NCBI GenBank assembly: GCA_035719525.1
Contig: DASTFY010000247.1
Location: 1-41,431 of the forward strand
From: Acidimicrobiales bacterium
Lineage (GTDB): Bacteria > Actinomycetota > Acidimicrobiia > Acidimicrobiales > Ilumatobacteraceae
Length of the DNA stretch: 41,431 nt
Direction: 5' to 3'
The notes under the pieces: model-generated
Database searches by the model: none
What the model saw: the letters and a program-made list of their open reading frames with translations, nothing else
Told to the model about the DNA's origin: nothing
Translations under genes and position numbers: made by a program
In this document: positions 11,788 through 21,325 of the stretch, one piece after another
Layout: each line of letters opens with the position of its first letter
Numbering within the stretch: the stretch's first letter is position 1

Positions 11788-12253
11788 TGTTCGCCTCGCA
11801 ACCGGAGGTGCGGCGACGGCGCGGCCCTGTGACCGGACGACACGCTTGAGCGTCGTGGGCGAGGGCGACCTGCCCGTGGGGCTGGACCTGGACGGCCCGT
11901 CCGCGCCACCGCGGAGCAACGGCGAGCTGGTGTTCAGCCAGCCGTGGGAGAGCCGGGTGTTCGGGATGACCATCGCCCTCCACCAGGCCGGACTGTTCCC
12001 CTGGGACGACTTCAAGGACCAGCTCATCGCCGCCGTCGGCCGCTGGGAGGCGGCGCATCCCGGCGGCGAGGGCTACCGCTACTACGACTGCTGGTTCGAG
12101 GCGCTGCAAGCCCTGCTGGACGAGCGCGCCGTGGTCGCACCGTCGGAGCTGGACGCCCGGGCGCTGACCTTCGCGGGCCGCCCCGCCGGCCACGACCACC
12201 GGCATGACCACGACCATCACGACCACGAGCATCACGACGACGCGCACCGTTGA
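11750..12253 (+). CDS. nitrile hydratase accessory (activator) protein with His-rich C-terminal tail
   Basis: The core, [21 protein letters not shown]...W.DFKDQLI...YYDCWFEAL, resembles the NHase beta N-terminus, as NHase accessory proteins do. Tail is [21 protein letters not shown]. The start is uncertain (11750 overlaps alpha by 38 nt; alternatives are TTG 11846 and GTG 11855). Confidence 0.7.
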   Translation: MRWSASGGYRPCDVRLATGGAATARPCDRTTRLSVVGEGDLPVGLDLDGPSAPPRSNGELVFSQPWESRVFGMTIALHQAGLFPWDDFKDQLIAAVGRWEAAHPGGEGYRYYDCWFEALQALLDERAVVAPSELDARALTFAGRPAGHDHRHDHDHHDHEHHDDAHR

Positions 12254-12268
12254 CCGCGAGCGCCTGAG

Positions 12269-12679
12269 GTGAGCGCGGCGCGCACCAGCGCCACCGTCGA
12301 GGCCCAGGTGATCGACGGCTACCACGCCAAGGTTCGGGTGCGCCAGTTCGAGGCCGAGGTCGACGAGCCGCCGGTTGTCGGCGGCACCGACATGGGCCCG
12401 ATGCCGACGGAATACCTGCTGATGGGGCTGGCGTCGTGCTTCGCGCTGGCCGTGGCGCACGTTGCTCGGCGCGACAGCGTGGAGGTCGGCCCGGTGCGCG
12501 TGAAGGTGGTGGCCACCTACGACGGACCGTCGTTCTCGTCTGTGACCGTCACCGTGCACCTGGAGGAGACGAGTGGGATCGACACCGATGCCCTACTCCA
12601 GAAGGCGCGCCGCGTCTGCTACGTATCGAACACCCTGGCCCGCCGGCCCGAGATCGTCACCCGCCTCGAGCCGGCGTGA
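12269..12679 (+). CDS. OsmC/Ohr-family protein
   Basis: 136 aa. P.EYLLMGLASCF... and ...ARRVCYVSNTL carry the two conserved OsmC cysteines. Confidence 0.8.
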   Translation: MSAARTSATVEAQVIDGYHAKVRVRQFEAEVDEPPVVGGTDMGPMPTEYLLMGLASCFALAVAHVARRDSVEVGPVRVKVVATYDGPSFSSVTVTVHLEETSGIDTDALLQKARRVCYVSNTLARRPEIVTRLEPA

Positions 12680-12697
12680 CCACGTGGGTGACCGTGC

Positions 12698-13186
12698 TCA
12701 GACGGTCCAGGTGTTGATCTGGAACGCGCCGGCCCGCCACGCGGTGAGGGCGGAGTCGAGCACGTCGAGCGGGTGGAAGGCCTTCACACCGGGGATCAGG
12801 TCATCCTCGCGGAAGCCGTAGAGGGCGCCCATGGCGAACCGGCAGGCATAGATCGTCGCGCCCTCCTTCAGCAGGGTCTTGATCTGGTTGTTGATGGCCA
12901 TGTGGCCCGGGAAGGCCTCCGCCCCCACGGCGGGGAAGCCGCGGGTGCCCGAGGCCAGCAGTACGCCCGGCCCGTACAGGACGATGCTGACGTCGAAGCC
13001 CTTGCGCACCAGGCGGGTCGAGGTGAGCAGGTTCACCAGCGCCACCGACCCCTCGTAGGGCACGGTGTGGATGAAGACGAAGGCCTTCTCGCCCGGATTG
13101 GCCTGGATGTCCTCGAAGATCTTCTCTTCGACGTTGAACAGGACTTCGCCTTCGGCCGGGATGGGATTGTTGACGGTTTTCGGCAT
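12698..13186 (-). CDS. DsrE-fold protein, probable MSMEG_0572/Sll0783-family nitrogen-starvation-response protein (Nit1C P1)
   Basis: ATG at 13186 with AAGGAGA RBS. FVFIHTVPYEGSVALVNLLTSTRLVRKGFDVSIVLYGPG...FPGH...IYACRFAMGALYG...PLDVLD. The family call is from remembered sequence similarity plus gene context. Confidence 0.6.
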   Translation of the reverse strand: MPKTVNNPIPAEGEVLFNVEEKIFEDIQANPGEKAFVFIHTVPYEGSVALVNLLTSTRLVRKGFDVSIVLYGPGVLLASGTRGFPAVGAEAFPGHMAINNQIKTLLKEGATIYACRFAMGALYGFREDDLIPGVKAFHPLDVLDSALTAWRAGAFQINTWTV

Positions 13187-13245
13187 GGGTCTCCTTTGCT
13201 GCTCCTTGGTGGTCTGGTGATGTTGGTCGATCTGGTCCTCGCGCC

Positions 13246-13515
13246 TCACACGGCCGGGCCCAGAGGCTTGCGCTCCCTCGGCACCCACGTGCGGCGATGG
13301 CTTCCCGGCATGAGTTGCAGCACCGTCCGGCGCAGACCCCAGGGCAGCCGGCGGTAGATGGGGACGAAGAAGGTGAGGAAGCCGCGGTCCTTGAGCGTCA
13401 CGGGAGGGCTGGGCGCCGGCATGCCGTGCCGGCGGGCAACCCGTTGCTGGGCGGCCACGAGGAGGTAGTGCTCGGCGTTGGCCCGCAGCCAGGCCGGGAA
13501 GCGCACGGCGTTCAC
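13246..13515 (-). CDS. small basic hypothetical protein in the position of MSMEG_0570
   Basis: 89 aa. The GTG start overlaps the stop of the upstream flavoprotein gene (GTGA). Strong GC3 bias in this frame supports coding. Confidence 0.5.
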   Translation of the reverse strand: MNAVRFPAWLRANAEHYLLVAAQQRVARRHGMPAPSPPVTLKDRGFLTFFVPIYRRLPWGLRRTVLQLMPGSHRRTWVPRERKPLGPAV

Positions 13516-14846
13516 TTCGCCAGCCGACCGAGTGCGTTCTGGGCCGCCAAGGCGATGGGCTCGTTGAGCGCGCCGATGGGAGGCGAGTAGACGTTCTCCA
13601 TGAAAGCCAGGTCCTCCAGCGTGATCCCGGTCTTCACCGCCATGGCCAGGAAGTCGGCCCGCTCCTTGATCCCCTCACCGCCGATCATCTGCGCGCCGAT
13701 GAGGCGCAGCGTGCCGGGCTCGGCCAGCAGCTTCACCTTCAGCTTCATGACGCCGGGGAAGTACCGGGCCCGCGAGATGCCCTCGGCCACGCCCAGCACG
13801 TACGGGATGCCGAGCGCGTCGGCGGCCGTCTCGCCGAAGGCCACGCCTCCGATCATGAGGGCGCCGGTCATCAGGCCCCAGGGGATGTAGACCGGCTGGT
13901 AGGTGCGCGATCCCCCTCCGGCGTTGGTGCCCGCCACCTTGCCCTGGGAGTAGGCGTGCGATCCGGTGAGCCCCTGCACGCCGACGTTGGTCACGCCGAG
14001 GGGGATCTCGGTGCAGTCGCCGGCCGCGAAGACCCCCTCCCTGGAGGTGGCCATCCGGTTGTCGACCACCACGCCGCCGGTCGGGCCGAGCACCAGCCCG
14101 GCGGCCTTCGCCAGCGTGTTGTTTGGCACCTTCTTCGTGCACACCACGGCGAGGTCGGCGGCGATGGTGCCGGCCGAGGTCTCCACGGCGCTGATGGCCC
14201 CCTCGCCGGTGAAGGCCGCCAGGCTCACCCCGAAGTGCATGTGGACGCCGGCGTCGGCCCAGGCCTGCTGCACCGGCTCGACGATGTCCGGGTCGGCCAG
14301 GTCGGAAAGGGGCCAGGGGCGGTGATCGATCACGTGGGTCTCGATGCCGCGATGGGCGAGCGCGGTGACCATCTCCAGGCCGAGCGGTGTCGCTTCGACC
14401 ACCACGGCCGTCTTGACGGAGTCGAGCACCGTGTCCCACTCCATGGCCCGGCGGATGTTCTTGACGTAGTAGAGACCTTCCAGGTCACCGCCCGGCACGC
14501 CCGGGTCGGCGTAGTCGAACCCGGTGGCCACGATGAGGCGGTCGAAGCCCACGTCAGCCTGGCCTTCGACGCCGACCTTCCCGGCATCGAGGTCGATCCC
14601 GGTGACCATGGTCTCGTAGCGGATGTCGATCCCCTGGTTGGCGTACTGCTCCTTCGTAGCCAGGAACAGCGACTCGAAGTTGGGGATCTCCTTGCCGTGG
14701 ACGTACGGGATGCCACAGGGGCTGTAGGCCGCGTCCTCGAACTCGGTGAACACGACGACCTCGCCGGCGGGCATGGTCCCCTTGAACGCGCCGGCGGCGC
14801 CGATGCCGGCGGCTCCACCCCCGACGATGACGGTCCTCGTTGCCAC
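13512..14846 (-). CDS. FAD-dependent pyridine nucleotide-disulfide oxidoreductase (NADH oxidase / CoA-disulfide reductase type)
   Basis: VIVGGGAAGIGAAGA dinucleotide fold, and a single redox Cys in YSPCGIPY as in Nox/CoADR enzymes. The likely start is GTG 14846, preceded by GGGGGA; the track ORF extends to 14903. Confidence 0.85.
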   Translation of the reverse strand: MATRTVIVGGGAAGIGAAGAFKGTMPAGEVVVFTEFEDAAYSPCGIPYVHGKEIPNFESLFLATKEQYANQGIDIRYETMVTGIDLDAGKVGVEGQADVGFDRLIVATGFDYADPGVPGGDLEGLYYVKNIRRAMEWDTVLDSVKTAVVVEATPLGLEMVTALAHRGIETHVIDHRPWPLSDLADPDIVEPVQQAWADAGVHMHFGVSLAAFTGEGAISAVETSAGTIAADLAVVCTKKVPNNTLAKAAGLVLGPTGGVVVDNRMATSREGVFAAGDCTEIPLGVTNVGVQGLTGSHAYSQGKVAGTNAGGGSRTYQPVYIPWGLMTGALMIGGVAFGETAADALGIPYVLGVAEGISRARYFPGVMKLKVKLLAEPGTLRLIGAQMIGGEGIKERADFLAMAVKTGITLEDLAFMENVYSPPIGALNEPIALAAQNALGRLAK

Positions 14847-14929
14847 TTGTGATCCCCCGGTGCGATCGAATCGGCGTCGTGTGGAGCCCTTCGGGCCGTT
14901 CACTATCGGCTACATCGTAGACACTTTCC

Positions 14930-14935
14930 TATGAT
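14930..14935 (+). promoter_or_regulatory. candidate -10 hexamer TATGAT for the XRE-cupin regulator (near-leaderless)
   Basis: TATGAT ends 8 nt before the ATG at 14944, within an AT-enriched divergent intergenic region. Confidence 0.3.
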
Positions 14936-14943
14936 GGGTTTTC

Positions 14944-15576
14944 ATGGCCAGGCAGCCGTCCGGCGACGGGGCGGAACCCGCGGAACGCCTCGAGGGTGAG
15001 GGCGCTGGCGGCCTGCAGCAGATCGTCAGCTCAATCGGGCCGAAACTGCGCGAGCTGCGGGTGCAGCGCGGCCTGTCACTCCAACAACTCGCGGACCGGG
15101 CCGACGTCTCGGCCGCCGCCATCCACAAGATCGAGCGATCGGGCATGGTGCCGACCATCACGACGCTGCTGAAGATCGCCGGGGCGCTCAACCGTCCAGT
15201 TTCGTACTTCGTCAACGAGGACCAGACGGAGAACCGGCCAGTGGCCTTCATCCCGGCCGACGCTCGCCGGCCGGTCTTCACCGCCCACCAGGGCATCGAT
15301 CTGGCCGGGATCTCGGGGCCCTACGGCCGGTTCTTCATGGCCGGAGCCGTGTCCGAAGTGCAACCCGGCGCCAACAGCGGCCACCGGCCCATGGAGCACC
15401 CCGGTGAGGAGCTGGTGCTCGTAGTGGAAGGGGTGTTCGAGCTCGACGTGGACGGGGAGCGGTTCACCCTCGGGGAGGGCGACGCCCTCCACTTCCGCAC
15501 GGACCGACCACATCGGTGGCGCAACCCCGGCGAGCTACCCATGAAGGCGATCTGGCTCGCGCTCCGGCCGTTCTGA
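14944..15576 (+). CDS. XRE-family transcriptional regulator with C-terminal cupin sensor domain
   Basis: HTH_3 motif IGPKLRELRVQRGLSLQQLADRADVSAAAIHKIERSGMVP. Cupin motif HPGEELVLVVEGVFEL...GDALHF....PHRW.N. Confidence 0.85.
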   Translation: MARQPSGDGAEPAERLEGEGAGGLQQIVSSIGPKLRELRVQRGLSLQQLADRADVSAAAIHKIERSGMVPTITTLLKIAGALNRPVSYFVNEDQTENRPVAFIPADARRPVFTAHQGIDLAGISGPYGRFFMAGAVSEVQPGANSGHRPMEHPGEELVLVVEGVFELDVDGERFTLGEGDALHFRTDRPHRWRNPGELPMKAIWLALRPF

Positions 15577-15593
15577 CCGACGTCACCACGTGC

Positions 15594-15638
15594 TTGTGTC
15601 GACGATGGCCGCGCTGAGCGCGGCGTGCTCCGACACAA
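15594..15638. repeat. nested palindromic element (TTGTGTCG ... CGACACAA with inner GC hairpin), copy 2
   Basis: Outer arms at 15594-15601 and 15631-15638; inner GCCGCGC-TGA-GCGCGGC. It starts 18 nt after the regulator stop. Confidence 0.7.
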
Positions 15639-15715
15639 ACGACTCCGCCGGCGACGACGGTGGGCAACTCGGCGAGGCGGTGACGGCCGAGGGCTGCGAG
15701 CGCGATCCTTTGTGC

Positions 15716-16123
15716 ATGCGCATCGCCTTTGGCACGGATGAGCGCACCGAGCTGAGCGACCACGTCCGGCGGCTGCTGCTGGAGGGCGGTCACGAGGTAG
15801 AGGAGGCCGGCGACGGTGACCCCTGGCCTGATGTCGGCCGCCGGGTGGGTGAGCTGGTGGCCTCGCAGCGTTGCCAGCGGGGCGTGGTGTGCTGCTGGAC
15901 CGGGACCGGCGTCTCGATGGCGGCCAACAAGGTGCCCGGCGTGCGGGCCGCGCTGTGCACCGACGCCGAGACAGCACGGGGGGCCCGTCGGTGGAACGAC
16001 GCCAACGTGCTGGCCTTCGGTCTGCGACTCACCAGCCCGACCGTGGCGGGCGAGATGATCGAGGCCTTCCTGAAGACGGGGCCCGACGCCGCCGAGGCGG
16101 CCAACATCGCCAAGCTCACCTGA
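15716..16123 (+). CDS. RpiB/LacA/LacB-family sugar-phosphate isomerase
   Basis: ATG at 15716. MRIAFGTDE......CCWTGTGVSMAANKVPGVRAALC.D...A...R.WNDANVLAFG matches the RpiB pattern. Confidence 0.8.
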   Translation: MRIAFGTDERTELSDHVRRLLLEGGHEVEEAGDGDPWPDVGRRVGELVASQRCQRGVVCCWTGTGVSMAANKVPGVRAALCTDAETARGARRWNDANVLAFGLRLTSPTVAGEMIEAFLKTGPDAAEAANIAKLT

Positions 16124-16322
16124 CCCCTGCGACGACGGCCTGCCACACTGCCCGGCGTGGTCGCCGGCGAGCTGCTCCCACACCTACGCCGGGCGCGCCG
16201 CCTTACGGTAAGGGAACTGGTCACGCCGATCGCGCTGAGCACGATCTGGCGTGACCGCTTCAGCCGCTGAGCTGTTGCGGCCGCAAGCCTCCCCCCGAGG
16301 AATCGGCGGCCACAACAGATGG

Positions 16323-17072
16323 TCACGCCATCGGGAGGCGAGCGTGGGTGATGCGGGTCGAGCCGGCGGTGATGTGTCGGAGGCCGAGCCACACTCCGAG
16401 GAGGAGGTCGGCTCCCGAGGTGTGGCCGAGCGCGGCTACCGCCGCCTCGTGTCGCCGGACCGAGGCGCGGTCGCCATCGACGACCGCGGCGAGCAGGCGA
16501 TGAACCGGTTCCACTGCCTGACCGCGAGCCGCCCAGCGGAGGAAGGCCAGCGAGATCGGATGGGTGCGCGCGTGCTCGACACCCCGCAGCTCCTCGCGTG
16601 AGGCCCCGGCCAATGCGAGGACCAGCACCATGCCGGCCAGGACGTCGTCGCCTGATGGGGTGAGCCCAGGCCCCCGACCGCCGAGGCGATCCACGACGGT
16701 CGCCAGCCCGCCCGCCGCGTGCGCAGCCTCTATCTCGTCGACCATCGCGGCCAGCGGGGACGCCGTCCAGCCGTCCAACAGTGCGAACCCGGTCGGGGCG
16801 GCGTGGGCCAGCGCCTCCGCATCGAGGCCCAGCGGGCGCCAGTGCGCCGCGCCGGTCCAGTCCAGGTGGAGCTGCTGGCCCGGCGCCGCCGCTGGTAGCT
16901 CGGCCAGGCGGAGGTGCAGCGGACCCGGCGGCACCGAGGGTCCCACGAGAGCCAGGGTCCCTGCGACGACGTCCACGTAGACGGCCCGGTCGAACGCCGC
17001 CAGCACCCGCCCTTCGGCCCGCGTCGAGCCGAGCGCGAACCAGCCCTCCCCGGCGTCAAGGATCAACGTCAC
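16323..17072 (-). CDS. DUF2877-family protein (YlbF/AllH-like)
   Basis: GRGPGLTPSGDDVLAGMVLV motif. The GTG start at 17072 overlaps the DUF1116 gene by 17 nt. Confidence 0.65.
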   Translation of the reverse strand: MTLILDAGEGWFALGSTRAEGRVLAAFDRAVYVDVVAGTLALVGPSVPPGPLHLRLAELPAAAPGQQLHLDWTGAAHWRPLGLDAEALAHAAPTGFALLDGWTASPLAAMVDEIEAAHAAGGLATVVDRLGGRGPGLTPSGDDVLAGMVLVLALAGASREELRGVEHARTHPISLAFLRWAARGQAVEPVHRLLAAVVDGDRASVRRHEAAVAALGHTSGADLLLGVWLGLRHITAGSTRITHARLPMA

Positions 17073-18489
17073 GGTCCAGCGCCAACAGCGCGGCCCGGAA
17101 GCACTCGACGGGTGCGGTGGCGACGCCGGCGCCCACCTGTCCGGAGCCGTCCGACGCGTGCAGGATGCCCGTCGTCACCCTCGGCGTGATGCCAAGCTCC
17201 ACCACCTTGCGCACGTCGACGCCGAGGGGGGTGCCGCGCCAGCCCAGCGTCGGCAGCGTGAAGCGGCTGCTCCGCCCGGCGCAAATCTGATCGAGTTGTC
17301 CCGTCATCGCGGCGGCGTCGGCCATCGTGCCGCCCACGAACGCCGCCACCGAAGGGGACCCGGCCGCCGCGGACCCGCCGAGGCCGACCAGCTCCAGCAC
17401 CGCGCTGTCCCCGACGTCCCGAGCACTGGTCTCCGGGCCCTGACCGGCGTAGTAGAGCGCCTGGCCGATGGGCGGAGCGGCACACAGGTGCCACTCGTTC
17501 GAGCCCGCCAGCCGGATCCCCAACTCGGTGCCGTTGCGGGCCAGGGCCGTCACGATGGACGAGCCCGGCACAAGGGCCGCCCAGTCGGTGAGCGCGCGGG
17601 CTGCGGCCATGGCCACCGTGAGGAAGAACAGGTGGTTGGCCGACAGGAATCGCGCCACGTCCACCCGAGCGGGGTGGTCCGAGGCCACCAGATGCGGTAG
17701 GAGGTTGCGGAGAAAGAGGTTGGTGGTGGCCTGCACCCGGATGTGGACGTCGTCGCCCATCTGCACCCCCTGGGCGGCCAGGCCGAGGACGTCGACGGGG
17801 CCGTGGCCGGCGACGGCATCGGCCAGCACGGGGCCGACGGCGTCGGCGAGGAAGCGCAGGCGCTCGACGGCGGCCGGCGTCTCGCGCCCGAACCATGGCG
17901 TTTCGCCTGGTCCCTGGTTGACCGGCGCGAACGCAGGCGGCGTCTCCGGGCTCTCGACGACCCAGACCGGCTGTGAGGGGCCGAGCGCGGTCACCATCGG
18001 GACCACGGTCTGGTGGCGGTGCGCGGCGTCGAGTACCACCTCACCGTCGGCGAGCTGTCGGCCCGCCTCCTCGACTGTGGCGGCCCAGCCCTCGGCGACC
18101 ACCGTGGCCCGCATCGAGCGGCGGAGTGGATCGCAGGCCTCCGCGTAGTCGACGGGCGGGCCGCAGTGGAGGAGCATGCGGCCTTCCAGGCCGGGCACGG
18201 TCTCCCCGGCGGGCGCGACGGCGACGGCGCGAGGATGGCCCTCGTCGAGCCGGCGGAGCACCTCGGCGTTGGCCGCGTCGATGGCGGCGGTCCGGGGGCC
18301 GTAGAGGCGGCGCAGCGCGGCGACGAGCTGCGGGTCGCCCTCGGCCGGGATCCGCCAGTCGACCGTGGCCAGCGGGTAGCCCTGCGCGGCGACGGCGTCG
18401 GCGAAGCGGGACAGCCCCACGTTCACCACGGCGGCCGACTCCGGCAGCGCGGGGACGACACGTCCGGGACCGTCGGTGGTGGAGCTCAC
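17056..18489 (-). CDS. DUF1116-family protein (YlbE/AllG-like)
   Basis: 477 aa with overall YlbE-like layout (NVGL..FA.....QG......DWRPPA.GD N-terminus; C-terminal GxxHA..G.GxxGAG). GTGA overlap with the upstream lyase gene. Confidence 0.7.
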   Translation of the reverse strand: MSSTTDGPGRVVPALPESAAVVNVGLSRFADAVAAQGYPLATVDWRIPAEGDPQLVAALRRLYGPRTAAIDAANAEVLRRLDEGHPRAVAVAPAGETVPGLEGRMLLHCGPPVDYAEACDPLRRSMRATVVAEGWAATVEEAGRQLADGEVVLDAAHRHQTVVPMVTALGPSQPVWVVESPETPPAFAPVNQGPGETPWFGRETPAAVERLRFLADAVGPVLADAVAGHGPVDVLGLAAQGVQMGDDVHIRVQATTNLFLRNLLPHLVASDHPARVDVARFLSANHLFFLTVAMAAARALTDWAALVPGSSIVTALARNGTELGIRLAGSNEWHLCAAPPIGQALYYAGQGPETSARDVGDSAVLELVGLGGSAAAGSPSVAAFVGGTMADAAAMTGQLDQICAGRSSRFTLPTLGWRGTPLGVDVRKVVELGITPRVTTGILHASDGSGQVGAGVATAPVECFRAALLALDRDVDP

Positions 18490-19970
18490 GGTCCCCGCCG
18501 CCCACCGGCCAGCCGGCGGGTGCGCGCCCTCACCTCGGCCTCGGCGCCGTCGAAACGCGAGAGCAGCCCGTCGGCCGCCACCTGGAGCCGCTCGGCCGTG
18601 GCGCGGATCTCGGACACCATCGCATCGACCGCGCCCGGCGCCGCGCCGCCCGTCCCGGTGCGGGAGGCCACCACCGCAGCGGGATCGAGCACCACAGCCA
18701 GGTCGGCGGCGGTGATCTCCAGGGGGTGTCCCAGCACCGAGCGGGCGGCCGCATCGAGGTCGGAGGGCGTCAGGTCAGCGGCGACGCGCCCGTCGGCGGC
18801 GAGGTCACGCACCGCCTGCCCCACCACCTGGTACGCGCGCCGGTAGTCGAGCCCGGTGCGCAGCATGACCTCCTCGGCGACATCGGTGGCCTGGCTGAAA
18901 CCGTGCTCCAGCCGGTCGAGCATCCGGGCCTCGTTGATGACGAGCGTCTCCACCACGCCGGCGGTCAGATCGGTCATCCGGTGGGTGTGCGCCACCAGGG
19001 TGGGGAGCTCGCCGTAGACGAAGATGAGTGAGTCGCTTCGCGCCGACGGGCTCTTCTGGATCGCCAGCAATCCGGTGAGCCCTCCGATGACCAGCCCGGC
19101 GGTTCCGCGGATCATCGACAGCGCGTAGGGATTGCGCTTCTGGGGCATGAGCACGCTGGAGCGGCTGAACCCGTCGGCCAGGTCGACGTAGTCGAACTCG
19201 GAACTGGCCCAGATCTCGAGGTCCTCGGCCAGCGAGGTCTGCGTACAGGCGAGGCTGGACGCGGTCGCCGCGAGCTGCACCAGCCCGTCGACCTGCCACA
19301 TGGCGTCGCGGGTGTTGACGATGACCTCGCTGAAGCCCAGCGACGCGGCGAACGATGTCCGTTCGGTCACCAGCCGGCTGCCGTTGACGCAACCGGCACC
19401 GCCGGGGCTGCCGTTGATCCAGGTGACGATCTCGAGCAGCCGGGCGGCGTCCCGCTGCACGGGGTAGGCGAACGAAGTGAGGTAGTGCCCGATCGTGGAC
19501 GGCTGCGCCTGCTGCAGGTACGTGTGGTCGGCGAAGAGGGTGTCTCGATGCTCGTGCGCACGCTCGGCCAGGGCCCGGGCCAGCCGCGCCGCGGACAGGA
19601 CGAGGTTGCACACCTGGCGCCGGAGATGGAGGCGGAAGGCGACACGCGTCGCCTCCCGTCGGGGCCGGCCGGCGTGCAGCCATCCCGCGGTGTCCCCCAG
19701 ACGACCGGTGAAGACCCGTTCCCGCGAGTTGTACGGCTCCCCGGCGGCGGCGTCATAGCCGAACCCGTCGGCCTCGACCGAGTCGGCCTCGAGTAGCACC
19801 GCGGCCAGCGCTTCCGCGTCATCGTCCGGCACGATCCCGTGGCCGTGCTGCTGCAGCAGGTGCGCCATGTCGGCCAGGTTGAGACCATCGTGAAGGATGC
19901 CCGCCCAGGCGATCTCGTACGCGAAGCCGGCCTCGACCAGCTCGGGAGCCGGCGCGCCGGCGGCGTTCAT
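18486..19970 (-). CDS. argininosuccinate-lyase-like enzyme (fumarate lyase superfamily)
   Basis: ATG at 19970 (ATGA overlap with the upstream gene). HTYLQQAQP and the signature SRSSVLMPQKRNPYAL. Confidence 0.8.
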   Translation of the reverse strand: MNAAGAPAPELVEAGFAYEIAWAGILHDGLNLADMAHLLQQHGHGIVPDDDAEALAAVLLEADSVEADGFGYDAAAGEPYNSRERVFTGRLGDTAGWLHAGRPRREATRVAFRLHLRRQVCNLVLSAARLARALAERAHEHRDTLFADHTYLQQAQPSTIGHYLTSFAYPVQRDAARLLEIVTWINGSPGGAGCVNGSRLVTERTSFAASLGFSEVIVNTRDAMWQVDGLVQLAATASSLACTQTSLAEDLEIWASSEFDYVDLADGFSRSSVLMPQKRNPYALSMIRGTAGLVIGGLTGLLAIQKSPSARSDSLIFVYGELPTLVAHTHRMTDLTAGVVETLVINEARMLDRLEHGFSQATDVAEEVMLRTGLDYRRAYQVVGQAVRDLAADGRVAADLTPSDLDAAARSVLGHPLEITAADLAVVLDPAAVVASRTGTGGAAPGAVDAMVSEIRATAERLQVAADGLLSRFDGAEAEVRARTRRLAGGRRGP

Positions 19971-21325
19971 GGCCACTGGTCCGGAGTGGCGGCGAGATAG
20001 GCCCGGACCCGCGCCGCGACGACGTCGGCATCGTGCTCGGCGGTGGGAATCCGGACATCGGTCACCAGCGTCTGCAACTCCTCGCCGGAGATGATCCCCG
20101 CCGCGGTCACCGCGCCCACCAGATCGTCGGCCACGGCGCCGGCCAGCATCGTTTGCAGTTCGGCCTGGGCCCGGTGCTTTCCCACTCGCTGGGCGTAGGC
20201 ACCCAGGACCCGCTCCGAGGACAACCGGCCCCGGCCGGTCTCCACATTGGCCCGCATCCGCTCGGCATCCACCTCGAGGCCGGCCACCAGGTCCAGGGCC
20301 AGCGCCAGCGCGCTCGAGGTCAGCAGGCAGACCTCGGGCACGGCCAACCATTCCGCCTTCCAGGCCCGGCCGTCGCGTTCGTGGATCTGCACCACGCCCT
20401 CCAGCAGCACCGCGGTCTGCGCTCTGACCAGTCGGGCGATCGTGTCGAGATGCTCGCTGCGCTCGGGGTTGCGCTTGTGGGGCATGGTGATGCTGCCGAC
20501 GACGCCCTCCCGGGTGGGCTCCCGCAGCTCGGCGATCTCATCGCGCTGGAGCTCCATGACCTCATTGCCGATGCGGGCCAGGGTGCCGGTGACGAGGGCC
20601 AGCAGCCCGGCCTGCTCCGCCCACCGGTCCCGGCTCGTGAGCCAGCTGATGCCGGGGTCGGCCAGGCCGAGGCGGTGGCAGAACCGGGAGCGCAGCTCGG
20701 GCCCGACCTCACCGAAGAAGCCGAGGGTGCCGACCGCACCGCCGAGCTGGCCGACCAGCCAACGCCTTCGACCGTCCTCCAGCCGCTGGAGGTGGCGGAC
20801 GATCTCGTCGGCCCATGACGCCACCTTCCACCCGAAGGTCACCGGCGCTCCGGGCTGGGCGTGGGTGCGCCCGGGCATCACGGTGCTCCGGTGGCGCTCG
20901 GTCAGGTCCACCAGCAGCGCGGCGAGCGCGCGGAGGTCCCGCCACACCAGCCCCATCACGCGCCGGGCGGCGAGCACCGTCCAGGTGTCGGTCAGGTCCT
21001 GAACGGTGGCGCCGTAGTAGACGAACTCCGCGGCGTCGTCGGGGAGCACTCGTTGGAGCGCGTGGATCAGGCCCAGTGTCGAGTGCGAGGTCCGGCGCGT
21101 CTCGGCCGCCAGGAAGTCGACGTCCAGCTTCTCGATCCGTGCCTCCCTGGCGATGCCCGCCGCCGCCGGGGCCGGGATGATGCCCAACTCGGCCTGGGCC
21201 TGGGCGAGTGCCACCAGGATGTCGAGCCAGGCTTGCCGGCGGGCGTCGTCGTCGAAGACCGCCCTCGCCTCGTCCGTGCCCCAGAGGTGCGCGTACTCCG
21301 CGCTGTCGCTCAGGCGGGCGCCCAC
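19967..21325 (-). CDS. adenylosuccinate lyase / 3-carboxymuconate cycloisomerase-like enzyme (fumarate lyase superfamily)
   Basis: Probable GTG start at 21325. YGATVQDLTDT, GRTHAQPG.P.TFG and the signature GSITMPHKRNPERSE. The 708-aa track ORF is an artefactual extension. Confidence 0.8.
   Translation of the reverse strand: MGARLSDSAEYAHLWGTDEARAVFDDDARRQAWLDILVALAQAQAELGIIPAPAAAGIAREARIEKLDVDFLAAETRRTSHSTLGLIHALQRVLPDDAAEFVYYGATVQDLTDTWTVLAARRVMGLVWRDLRALAALLVDLTERHRSTVMPGRTHAQPGAPVTFGWKVASWADEIVRHLQRLEDGRRRWLVGQLGGAVGTLGFFGEVGPELRSRFCHRLGLADPGISWLTSRDRWAEQAGLLALVTGTLARIGNEVMELQRDEIAELREPTREGVVGSITMPHKRNPERSEHLDTIARLVRAQTAVLLEGVVQIHERDGRAWKAEWLAVPEVCLLTSSALALALDLVAGLEVDAERMRANVETGRGRLSSERVLGAYAQRVGKHRAQAELQTMLAGAVADDLVGAVTAAGIISGEELQTLVTDVRIPTAEHDADVVAARVRAYLAATPDQWP

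Noticed and set aside
12698-14846. Alternative reading of the DsrE-fold protein plus CoADR-type flavoprotein as a stand-alone sulfur-trafficking/persulfide module unrelated to Nit1C
   Set aside because: This is not fully excluded. The flavoprotein-small ORF-P1 order mirrors MSMEG_0569-0570-(0571)-0572, and the other four Nit1C families are in the same neighbourhood, so I favour the Nit1C interpretation pending HMM scores.
16199-16212. Small palindrome CCTTAC-G-GTAAGG between the convergent rpiB-like and DUF2877 genes as a bidirectional terminator
   Set aside because: The stem is only 6 bp with a 1-2 nt loop and no flanking T/A tracts, which is too weak to call.
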